From an uncultured Pseudomonadales bacterium (GTDB lineage: Bacteria > Pseudomonadota > Gammaproteobacteria > Pseudomonadales > UBA7239): a DNA stretch of 64,000 bases. Every line of letters starts with the position of its first letter. The stretch's first letter is position 1. Location of the stretch: positions 320,638 through 384,637 of the forward strand of contig CAZDWC010000002.1 of the NCBI GenBank assembly GCA_964509075.1. Direction: 5' to 3'. The notes under the pieces were generated by a model. The model saw only the letters and a list, made by a program, of their open reading frames with translations. It was not told where the DNA came from and did no database searches. Shown piece after piece: positions 30,295 through 38,709 of this stretch. The translations under genes were made by a program, and so were the position numbers.

Positions 30295-30930
30295 ATGCTC
30301 GCCCTTGTCAGGGCACGTTTCCACAGGTTTTCCGTTGTGTCATTCCGTTTTGTAGCATCTTCCCGCCTTCCTACTGCCTGGGGTGAATTCACCCTTCACG
30401 GCTTTGAAGACGCAGCATCCGGCAAGGAGCATGTTGTATTGACCATGGGAGAGGTCGCCGACGGCCAGCCTGTGCTCGGCCGCATTCATTCCGAGTGCCT
30501 GACCGGCGACGTACTGCACAGCCTGCGCTGCGACTGCGGCGCCCAACTCGCCGCCGCCATGCAAGCCATCGCCAGCGAAGGGCGTGGCGTGCTGCTCTAC
30601 CTGCGTCAGGAAGGGCGCGGCATTGGCCTTATCAACAAGATCCGCGCCTACCACTTGCAGGATCAGGGCGCCGATACCGTCGAGGCGAATGAGCAACTCG
30701 GGTTTGAGGCCGATATGCGCGACTACGGCATGTTGAAGGTTATCTTCGAGCATCTGGGTATCCGCCAACTCAAGTTGATGACCAACAACCCGCGCAAGCT
30801 GCGGGCACTGGATGAAGCCGGCGTTGCCGTCGTCGAACGCATCCCCATCCAGACAGGCCAGAATCCGCATAACCGCCAGTATCTCGCCACCAAGGCAGGC
30901 AAACTGGGCCATTTGCTCGACAAGCCTTGA
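30295..30930 (+). CDS. ribA: GTP cyclohydrolase II
   Basis: LPTAWGEF..., [23 protein letters not shown] zinc/catalytic motif, [18 protein letters not shown] at 30337 would reproduce the E. coli N-terminal length. Start uncertain. Confidence 0.93.
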   Translation: MLALVRARFHRFSVVSFRFVASSRLPTAWGEFTLHGFEDAASGKEHVVLTMGEVADGQPVLGRIHSECLTGDVLHSLRCDCGAQLAAAMQAIASEGRGVLLYLRQEGRGIGLINKIRAYHLQDQGADTVEANEQLGFEADMRDYGMLKVIFEHLGIRQLKLMTNNPRKLRALDEAGVAVVERIPIQTGQNPHNRQYLATKAGKLGHLLDKP

Positions 30931-31060
30931 TCTGCTCAAAAAACAGGCAATTCCGTGCTATACAGACTCCCAAGGGGCGTGTAATATCCGCGCGCCTTTG
31001 AGGGTGACCGCTGGATTTGCTGTCTGGGCTTTTCTTTTTGATGTCGTTTCCGGAGTTGCA

Positions 31061-31909
31061 ATGCAGGTTTGTCAGCGAGTGACCGAATTGCGTGATCGCC
31101 TGCGTGCCGAGCGTCAGGCCGGCAAACGCATTGCCTTTGTCCCCACGATGGGCAACCTGCACGAAGGCCACTTGCAACTGATCCGCCTCGCCAGGCAACA
31201 TGCCGATATCGTCGTCGCCAGTATTTTCGTCAACCCGCTGCAATTCGGTCTTAACGAAGACTGGGAACAGTATCCGCGCACTCTGGAACGCGACAGCGAA
31301 ATGCTGACGGCAGAACACTGCGATGTACTGTTCTGCCCCACCGAGCGCGAAATGTACCCCAATGGCATGGAAACCCAGACCAAGGTTGAAGTGCCGACCA
31401 TGACCAACATCCTCTGCGGCGCTTCACGCCCCGGCCACTTCCTCGGCGTTACCACGGTCGTCGCCAAACTGTTCAACATGGTGCAGCCGGATGTCGCCAT
31501 CTTTGGCATCAAGGACTACCAGCAGCTGGCAGTGATCCGTCGCATGACGGAAGATCTGTGCATTCCCGTCGAGATCATCGCCGCACCCATTGCCCGCGCT
31601 GACGACGGTCTGGCCCTGAGCTCCCGCAACGGCTACCTCACGGCCGATGAACGCCCGCGCGCCATTGCCCTGTATCAGGCCTTGTGCAATACCCGCAACG
31701 CCATTGCCAATGGCCGGCGCGATTACACTGAGCTGGAAAGACAGGCGCAGCAGACCCTTGCAGAAAGCGGCATGCGCCCCGATTATTTCTCCATACGCCA
31801 GGCCAAGACACTTGAAACGGCCGACAGCGGGGACACCGAACTGGTAATACTGGGTGCGATTTATCTCGGTAAAACGCGCCTGATAGATAATGTCACATTG
31901 CAGATTTGA
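31061..31909 (+). CDS. panC: Pantoate--beta-alanine ligase
   Basis: Internal ATG at 31061 (MQVCQRVTELR...). PTMGNLHEGHLQLI HIGH-type motif. The upstream part of the ORF (from 30812) overlaps ribA. Confidence 0.95.
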   Translation: MQVCQRVTELRDRLRAERQAGKRIAFVPTMGNLHEGHLQLIRLARQHADIVVASIFVNPLQFGLNEDWEQYPRTLERDSEMLTAEHCDVLFCPTEREMYPNGMETQTKVEVPTMTNILCGASRPGHFLGVTTVVAKLFNMVQPDVAIFGIKDYQQLAVIRRMTEDLCIPVEIIAAPIARADDGLALSSRNGYLTADERPRAIALYQALCNTRNAIANGRRDYTELERQAQQTLAESGMRPDYFSIRQAKTLETADSGDTELVILGAIYLGKTRLIDNVTLQI

Positions 31910-31948
31910 CGTTAGGATATAATTGACTGCACCCGCGGAGGTAAAGCG

Positions 31949-32329
31949 ATGCATACCATCATGTTGAAAGGCAAATTGCACCAGGCGCGCGTGACCCACG
32001 CCGAGCTGGAATACGATGGCTCCTGCGCCATTGATACCAATCTGGTCAAGCTGGCTGGCATGCGCGAGTTCGAGCAGATCCAGATCTACAACCTCACCAA
32101 CGGCGAGCGTTTCACCACCTACGTGATTCTGGCCGAGGCCGGTTCAGGCGTGATTTCCATCAATGGCGCCGCCGCTCACAAGGCAAAACCGGGCGACCGC
32201 ATCATCATCTGCGCTTACGGCAACTTCAGCGAGCAGGAATTGATTAACCACAACCCGAAACTGGTCTACCTCGACCAGAACAATCAGGTAGTGCGCACCA
32301 CCAACACCATTCCGGTACAGGCTGCCTGA
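31949..32329 (+). CDS. panD: Aspartate 1-decarboxylase
   Basis: 126 aa. [25 protein letters not shown] contains the G-S self-cleavage site. Confidence 0.96.
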   Translation: MHTIMLKGKLHQARVTHAELEYDGSCAIDTNLVKLAGMREFEQIQIYNLTNGERFTTYVILAEAGSGVISINGAAAHKAKPGDRIIICAYGNFSEQELINHNPKLVYLDQNNQVVRTTNTIPVQAA

Positions 32330-32346
32330 ACCGTTTTTCATGCAGT

Positions 32347-32377
32347 AAAAAAGAGCCGGCCAAGCGCCGGCTTTTTT
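32347..32377 (+). terminator. Rho-independent terminator after panD
   Basis: AGCCGGC (32354..32360) loop CAAGC GCCGGCT (32366..32372) followed by a T6 run. An A-run precedes it. Confidence 0.75.
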
Positions 32378-32406
32378 GATGACGCGAATTTTTTCTGTGA
32401 ATATCC

Positions 32407-32937
32407 ATGCGCAAGTTTGACGACAACAACACAGCCGACGATGAACTGCCAAGTAAATCGCAGCGCAAGCGCGAGATGACGGCGCTACAGGAACTCGGTG
32501 AAAAACTGGCCGAACTGTCACCAGACGCGCTGAAAAAAATGCCGCTGGATGAGCGCCTGCTGGAAACCCTTTTGCAGATGCAGAAAATGACACAGCGCGA
32601 AGCCCGCCGTCGCCATCTGCAACTGGTCGGCAAGCTGATGCGCAACGCAGATGCCGACGCCATACAGTCGGCCTACGACAAGACACAGTCCGGCAGCCGC
32701 GAGGCCAGCCGCGCCCTGCACCAACTGGAAAGCTGGCGCACACGCCTGTTGCAGGAAGGCGACACAGCTGTCGGCGAAGCCATGCAACTTTTCCCCGGCA
32801 CAGAAGCTCAGCAACTGCGCCAGTTGATTCGTGATGCCAAGCGCGAAACTGAACAGCAGAAACCGCCGGTTTCTGCGCGCAAGTTGTTTCAATATTTAAA
32901 ACAATTCCAGCAGCATGAACAGGAACCAACCCCCTGA
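32407..32937 (+). CDS. yjgA: Ribosome-associated protein YjgA (DUF615)
   Basis: 176 aa. Aligns by eye along its length to E. coli YjgA (SKSQRKRE..., RRRHLQLVGKLMR, KPPVSARKLFQYL). Confidence 0.9.
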   Translation: MRKFDDNNTADDELPSKSQRKREMTALQELGEKLAELSPDALKKMPLDERLLETLLQMQKMTQREARRRHLQLVGKLMRNADADAIQSAYDKTQSGSREASRALHQLESWRTRLLQEGDTAVGEAMQLFPGTEAQQLRQLIRDAKRETEQQKPPVSARKLFQYLKQFQQHEQEPTP

Positions 32938-33080
32938 ATTATTGATGTGGACTTGATCCATTAAAAACCGTTAGGTGTCCCTGTATTCAATAAGCCACAC
33001 TCTCAGGCACAGTCCTTGCTTGCCTGCCCCGGCTGCGCTGTCTACACTATGCTGAAAGCACTGTGGTAGCCGCTTCATTC

Positions 33081-34625
33081 ATGAAACAATCCCTTCAGCT
33101 CAAGATCGGCCAGTCCCTCACCATGACGCCGCAGTTGCAGCAGGCAATCAAGCTGCTGCAGTTGTCTACGCTCGATCTGCAACAGGAAATCCAGCAGGCT
33201 CTGGAATCCAACCCCATGCTGGAAATGATGGAAGACGGTGAAGCACCGGATGATGACCTGCCGCGCATCAGCGAGGAAGACATCGCCCGCTTGCACCAGA
33301 CATCCAATGAAGTGACAGACTTCAGTGCACCGGAACAGCACACCGAAGCGCGTGATGAGTGGCAGGAAGACAATATTCCGGATGAACTACCCGTCGATAG
33401 CCAATGGGACGATGTTTACCAGACCAGTGGCAGCAACACCTCCAGCGGTCAGGGCGAGGACGACGACTACAGCTTTGAAAGCCGAAATGCCGCCGCAGAA
33501 ACCCTGCAGGATCACCTGCAATGGCAGCTGAACCTGACACCGATGACCGATCGCGATCGCATCATCGCCATGGCAATCATCGACGCCATTGCGCCCACCG
33601 GTTTTCTCGACTGCAACATCCAGGAAATCTTTGAAGGACTGGAAGCGCAATGGGCAGGCATGGCCGACAACATTGATACCGATCTCGACACGGATCCCGT
33701 TGAGCTCGATGAAGTAATGGCTGTACTGCACCGCGTGCAGCAGTTCGATCCGCCAGGCGTCGCCGCACACGATTTGCGCGAATGCCTGTTGATCCAGTTG
33801 AACCAGTTGCACGAAGACACACCCTGGCTGATCGATGCCAAACTGGTGGTTGCCGATTATCTCGATCTGCTGGCTGCACACGATTACAAGCAGCTGATGC
33901 GCAAATCGGACATCCGCGAAAACACACTGAAAAAAGTCATCGAACTGATCCAGAGTCTCAACCCTCAACCAGGCGCGCGTATTGAAGCAGACAAGACCGA
34001 GTACGTAGTACCGGATGTCTATGTCACGAAAAAACGCAACCGCTGGGTCGTTGAACTGAATCCGGAAATTGCACCGCGCCTGCGCATCAACGCGGATTAC
34101 GCATCGCTGGTTCGCCGCGCAGACTCTTCCGCCGACAACGCTTTTCTGCGCGATCACCTGCAGGAAGCGCGCTGGTTTCTCAAAAGCCTTGAGAGCCGCA
34201 ATGAAACCCTGATGAAAGTCGCCACGGCCATCGTCGAGCACCAGCGCGGCTTTCTCGACTATGGCGAAGAAGCCATGAAACCGCTGGTATTGGCCGATAT
34301 TGCCGAAGTGGTCGGTATGCACGAATCCACCATTTCGCGGGTCACCACGCAGAAATACATGCATACACCCCAAGGCGTGTTCGAGCTGAAATACTTCTTC
34401 TCCAGTCACGTCGGCACTGCCGGTGGCGGCGAATGCTCGTCCACGGCAGTGCGCACCATGATCAGGAAACTGATCACTGACGAAAATCCAGGCAAGCCAC
34501 TGTCGGACAATGCCATTGCCGATATGCTGGACAAGCAGGGTATCAACGTGGCACGCCGCACCGTGGCCAAGTACCGGGAATCTCTCAACATCCCGCCTTC
34601 GAATGAACGCAAGCGCCTGACCTGA
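33081..34625 (+). CDS. rpoN: RNA polymerase sigma-54 factor
   Basis: [29 protein letters not shown] region I, acidic region II, C-terminal HTH and RpoN box [10 protein letters not shown]. Start at Met-7 of the ORF. Confidence 0.96.
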   Translation: MKQSLQLKIGQSLTMTPQLQQAIKLLQLSTLDLQQEIQQALESNPMLEMMEDGEAPDDDLPRISEEDIARLHQTSNEVTDFSAPEQHTEARDEWQEDNIPDELPVDSQWDDVYQTSGSNTSSGQGEDDDYSFESRNAAAETLQDHLQWQLNLTPMTDRDRIIAMAIIDAIAPTGFLDCNIQEIFEGLEAQWAGMADNIDTDLDTDPVELDEVMAVLHRVQQFDPPGVAAHDLRECLLIQLNQLHEDTPWLIDAKLVVADYLDLLAAHDYKQLMRKSDIRENTLKKVIELIQSLNPQPGARIEADKTEYVVPDVYVTKKRNRWVVELNPEIAPRLRINADYASLVRRADSSADNAFLRDHLQEARWFLKSLESRNETLMKVATAIVEHQRGFLDYGEEAMKPLVLADIAEVVGMHESTISRVTTQKYMHTPQGVFELKYFFSSHVGTAGGGECSSTAVRTMIRKLITDENPGKPLSDNAIADMLDKQGINVARRTVAKYRESLNIPPSNERKRLT

Positions 34626-34667
34626 TTGAGTCCGCGCGATCAGCACAGCGCGGATTGATCGCCATCA

Positions 34668-34715
34668 AAGATATAGTCAAGTAAGATTGACTATATCTTG
34701 CCCCCGCTTTACTAT
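34668..34715 (+). promoter_or_regulatory. Sigma-70 promoter (TTGACT-17 bp-TACTAT) overlapped by a perfect 13-bp inverted repeat (candidate operator) upstream of the P450 gene
   Basis: Inverted repeat AAGATATAGTCAA (34668..34680) / TTGACTATATCTT (34687..34699) with a 6-nt spacer. -35 at 34687..34692 lies inside the right arm. -10 at 34710..34715. ATG at 34760. Confidence 0.55.
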
Positions 34716-34759
34716 CCTCGCCAACGCGCATTCCCTGCCGCTTCCCCGAGGAGTTCACC

Positions 34760-35947
34760 ATGACCGCCGCTGCCCAGAAAGACTACGTCAAGCTCTACAG
34801 CCCTTATTCGCACGACGTGCACGATGACCCGTACCCGTACTACAAGGCGCTGCGGGACAACGCACCGGTGCACTACGATGCAGCCGGTGACTACTACATC
34901 CTCTCCCGCTTTGATGATGTGCAAATGGCCATGCGCGACTTCAAGCGCTTTTCCAGCGAAGAAGGTGTAGCACTGGAAGCCGATGCAGCGAAAGGCTATC
35001 CCATGGTCATCACCATGCTGCCACCCAAGCATACGCGCACACGCAAAGTCATCAGCCGCGTGCTGACGCCGGAGTGTGTAGCAGCACTGGAACCAATGAC
35101 CCGAGCCAAAACCATCAAGCTGCTGGAACCTTTCCGCGACAAGGGCCATATCGACACCGTTGCCAACTTCGGCGCCTACCTGCCGATGTACGTGATCGGC
35201 ACCTTGCTGAAGCTGCCGGAAAGCGACCACGACCAGATTCGCGCCTGGACCGACAACCTGCTGGAACGCGAAGACGGCGTGATGGAAATGCCTCCGATTG
35301 TCGCAGAGAGCTATCTCAACATGGCGCAGTACTTCGAGGACTTCGTCAAGGAGCGCGAAAAACACATGGAAGAAGGCGATCTGCTGAGCCTGATTCTCGA
35401 AGCCAAACGCGCCGGCGAAATCACGCATGAGGAAGTGATTGGCTTCCTGATGATTCTCGGCATCGCCGGCAACGAAACTACGACCAAGCTGATCGGCAAC
35501 ATGACCGTGACATTGGCACGCAACCCGGATGCTCGCGCAGAGTGTGTGGCCAATCCCGCACTGATTGCCAGTGCCGTGGAAGAAACCATGCGCATGGAAG
35601 GCTCCTCACAATTGATCGGTCGCGTCACTACTGAAGAGGTAACACTGCACGGCGTTACCATTCCGAAAGGTAAACGCATCGGCATGCTGCTGGTCGCCGC
35701 CAATCGCGACGAACGTCACTATGAAAATCCGGAAGTGTTCAACCTGCATCGCAACGCACGCGACCACATGGGTTTCGGTTTCGGCATCCACTCCTGCGTC
35801 GGCGCCGCCATGGCACGTATGGAAGGCCGCGTGGCTTTCGAGGAAATCCTGAAGATGATGCCAAACTACGAAGTGCAGTGGGATGGCCTGAAGCGCATGC
35901 ACTCAGCCAATGTGCGCGGATACACTCATGTTCCGGTTAAATTCTGA
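34760..35947 (+). CDS. Cytochrome P450 (class I type, no adjacent redox partner)
   Basis: 395 aa. I-helix AGNETT, ExxR (EETMR), heme-thiolate loop FGFGIHSCVGAAMA. Confidence 0.93.
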   Translation: MTAAAQKDYVKLYSPYSHDVHDDPYPYYKALRDNAPVHYDAAGDYYILSRFDDVQMAMRDFKRFSSEEGVALEADAAKGYPMVITMLPPKHTRTRKVISRVLTPECVAALEPMTRAKTIKLLEPFRDKGHIDTVANFGAYLPMYVIGTLLKLPESDHDQIRAWTDNLLEREDGVMEMPPIVAESYLNMAQYFEDFVKEREKHMEEGDLLSLILEAKRAGEITHEEVIGFLMILGIAGNETTTKLIGNMTVTLARNPDARAECVANPALIASAVEETMRMEGSSQLIGRVTTEEVTLHGVTIPKGKRIGMLLVAANRDERHYENPEVFNLHRNARDHMGFGFGIHSCVGAAMARMEGRVAFEEILKMMPNYEVQWDGLKRMHSANVRGYTHVPVKF

Positions 35948-35961
35948 TTCTCGGCAAGCAC

Positions 35962-35991
35962 AAAAAAGGCGCCTCACCCGGCGCCTTTTTT
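35962..35991. terminator. Bidirectional rho-independent terminator between the P450 gene and the NdvB-like gene
   Basis: A6-GGCGCC (35968..35973) loop TCACCC GGCGCC (35980..35985)-T6. Lies between convergent genes. Confidence 0.8.
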
Positions 35992-36009
35992 ATTTGTCCC
36001 GACTCGAGA

Positions 36010-38580
36010 CTACTGTTGTTGCTTGTTTGGCAATACCGACAAAAACGCCATAAACACTGCGGCGAGATAGGCAAGAGACTGCATCAGCAACATGAAAAAC
36101 CACGCCCAGGAATCACCGGTTTCCATGTCGTGCAACCACAGCATGCCACCAGCAGCACCCCACAGCAACAGCAGGAAGAACAATTCCTCGCGCGCCTCTG
36201 CCAGCGCAATCATCACGCCGCTCTGATTGGCCATTTTCGGCGTACGGAAAAACGGAATTGTCTTGGTGAACAAGCCATAGATGATCGACTTGGCAATCGT
36301 GTGCGACAGCGCCAAGCCGGCAATAGCTGCACCAATAGACGTACTCATTGGCACTTTCATGTGACTCTTGTAAATATAAAGAATCTTGCCGAGCTTGAAG
36401 AAAAACAGCAGCAGCGGCGGCAATGCAAACACCAGTGCCGGCGGCAACACTTTCGTCGGTGCCAGCAACATGGCAGCAGTCCACAACAGTGCACCGCCAG
36501 TGAAAAACAGGTTCATGCCATCGGCCACCCACGGCATCCAGCCGGCGATAAAGTGGTAGCGCTGTCCTCGCGTGAGCTTGGTGCCTTCGCCCTTGAACAG
36601 ACTGTCAAAATGCCCTTTCATGATCTGCATGGCGCCATAGGCCCAGCGGAAACGCTGCTTCTTGTAATCAATAAAGCGATCCGGCATGACACCCTTGCCA
36701 TAGGAGTCACTGACGTAGGCTGCGGACAAACCTTCTTCAAAAGCACGCAAACCTAGCTCTGCATCTTCGGTGATGGTCCACTCCGCCCACTTGAGCCGGT
36801 CCATCACGTCGCGGCGAATCATGGTCATGGTACCGTGCTGGATAATCGCATCGCGATCGTTGCGCGTGACCATGCCAATATGGAAAAAACCTTTGTATTC
36901 GGCATAGCATAATTTCTTGAACAGCGATTGGTCGCCATCGCGGTAATCCTGCGGCCCCTGCACAATCGCCATTTTCGGATCGGCAAAATGCGGCACCAGA
37001 TGTTTGAGCCAGTTGCGATTCACGCAGTAGTCGCTGTCGATGACGGCGACAATCTCCGCATCCGGTGACGTGCGTTCCAGCGCCCAGTTCAAGGCACCGC
37101 CTTTGAAACCTTCCAGTGGCGCGACGTGAAAAAAGCGGAAGCGCGGGCCGAGTTGCTTGCAATATTCTTCAACCGGACGCCAGACGTTTTCATCCTTGGT
37201 ATTGTTGTCGATGATCATCACTTCGAAATCGGGATAATCCAGCGCCGCCAATGCATCCAGTGTTTCTTTCACCATATCCGGCGGCTCGTTGTAACAAGGC
37301 ACCTGCACACACACTTTCGGGCGATATCCTTCTTCAGCAGCAACACCAACAAACGGTCGCCGACGTTGCGCCCACACGGTTTCAGCCAATTCATGTGCTT
37401 CTGCAAACATCACGATAAACACACCAATGGCGGCAATCACCAGCAAAATACCCAACCCAATGGTCAGCCACGTCATGTACTGCTGCGAATAATCGTAGGT
37501 GACCACCACCAGAAACGAAGCAAATGCGAAAGCAACAAATGCCAGAAAGGTACGGCCTTTCTGCTGCAGACCGGAACTGTCGATCAGTAACAGTGCCAAC
37601 GCCAATACCGCGAGAATTATGGAAACAATGGCCAACAGCCGCCATTGCGGAATGCGCACCACACTGCCTGTCATGGGAAACTTGGGTTGACGATCAACGT
37701 TGTAGACGCCCCAGTATTTGCCCACATCGCCTTCGGCACCGGATTTCCACAACTGATCAAAAGCTTCGATGACAAAATAGTCATAACCCGCTGCATTCAG
37801 TTTGTTGACCAGCGTGCGCAGATAGACCGCCTGTTCTGCCTGGTTGGCCTGCGCTGCACCGCGATCACGACCGAAAGACGGCCAACCCACCTCACCCAAC
37901 AACAAGGGCTTCTGCGCAAATTCGGATTTCAGCTGCGCTGCTTTTTCCAATACGAATTCAATCGATGCCGAAGCGGGAATTTTTTCCCAGAACGGCAGGA
38001 TGTGTGCAGCCACAATATCTACATGCTGCGCCAATTGCGGATATTTGATCCATATATCCCAGGTTTCCGCGGTCGTCACCGGCACTTTTACCTGCGCACG
38101 CACCTGCTCGATGTATTCAATCAAGCGAGGCAGATCCGCTTCCCGGCGATACAGGGTTTCGTTGCCGACAACGACCAAGGTGATATTGCGATTGGCATTG
38201 ATCACCTCGACAGCACTGGCGATTTCCTTCTCGTTGTCTTCCTCAATATTGCTGATCCAGATACCTTGCACAACACTCATGCCGTAGTCGCGCGCCAGAC
38301 GCGGTATCTCCGCCTGTGTGCCCTTCACGGAATAGGTTCGCACATGCTTGGTTTGTTGCGACAGCATCGCCAGATCCTGGCGTATTTCCTCCTCGGTCGG
38401 ATAGATGTCCTTGGCCGGATCCTGTCCGTAACGAAACGGCGAATAGGCAAAACCCGAGATGGAGGCAGGCCAGTCTGGCGCGGTGAGCGGTCGATTGAAA
38501 TACGCCCAGGCCGCGGCGGAAATGGCGGCGATGCTGACAATTACGGCGAGGTTGACAATAGCTTTGCGGCTGGCCATCAA
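36010..38580 (-). CDS. NdvB-like bifunctional GH17 glucanosyltransferase + GT2 glycosyltransferase (beta-1,3-glucan synthase type)
   Basis: 856 aa. N-terminal TM, then GH17 motifs (VVGNETLYR, LLGEVGWPS); several TMs; GT2 motifs (VPCYNEP, IDSDY, QRFRWAYG); C-terminal TMs. Architecture matches what is described for Pseudomonas/Bradyrhizobium NdvB. Confidence 0.75.
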   Translation of the reverse strand: MMASRKAIVNLAVIVSIAAISAAAWAYFNRPLTAPDWPASISGFAYSPFRYGQDPAKDIYPTEEEIRQDLAMLSQQTKHVRTYSVKGTQAEIPRLARDYGMSVVQGIWISNIEEDNEKEIASAVEVINANRNITLVVVGNETLYRREADLPRLIEYIEQVRAQVKVPVTTAETWDIWIKYPQLAQHVDIVAAHILPFWEKIPASASIEFVLEKAAQLKSEFAQKPLLLGEVGWPSFGRDRGAAQANQAEQAVYLRTLVNKLNAAGYDYFVIEAFDQLWKSGAEGDVGKYWGVYNVDRQPKFPMTGSVVRIPQWRLLAIVSIILAVLALALLLIDSSGLQQKGRTFLAFVAFAFASFLVVVTYDYSQQYMTWLTIGLGILLVIAAIGVFIVMFAEAHELAETVWAQRRRPFVGVAAEEGYRPKVCVQVPCYNEPPDMVKETLDALAALDYPDFEVMIIDNNTKDENVWRPVEEYCKQLGPRFRFFHVAPLEGFKGGALNWALERTSPDAEIVAVIDSDYCVNRNWLKHLVPHFADPKMAIVQGPQDYRDGDQSLFKKLCYAEYKGFFHIGMVTRNDRDAIIQHGTMTMIRRDVMDRLKWAEWTITEDAELGLRAFEEGLSAAYVSDSYGKGVMPDRFIDYKKQRFRWAYGAMQIMKGHFDSLFKGEGTKLTRGQRYHFIAGWMPWVADGMNLFFTGGALLWTAAMLLAPTKVLPPALVFALPPLLLFFFKLGKILYIYKSHMKVPMSTSIGAAIAGLALSHTIAKSIIYGLFTKTIPFFRTPKMANQSGVMIALAEAREELFFLLLLWGAAGGMLWLHDMETGDSWAWFFMLLMQSLAYLAAVFMAFLSVLPNKQQQ

Positions 38581-38709
38581 TGATCCGGTACAAAAATGTT
38601 GGCGTGAGAAAACGGGCGTCCCGATCAGCAGTGGCGGTGAAAAATTTCCGCCATCATCGGGGCGCGCAGCTTAGCAGTTCGGCTAACAAAATAGCAGATC
38701 CGCACCGGC

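Noticed and set aside
33387-34646. 419-aa ORF antisense to rpoN
   Set aside because: It lies opposite a canonical sigma-54 gene. Artefact of codon bias.
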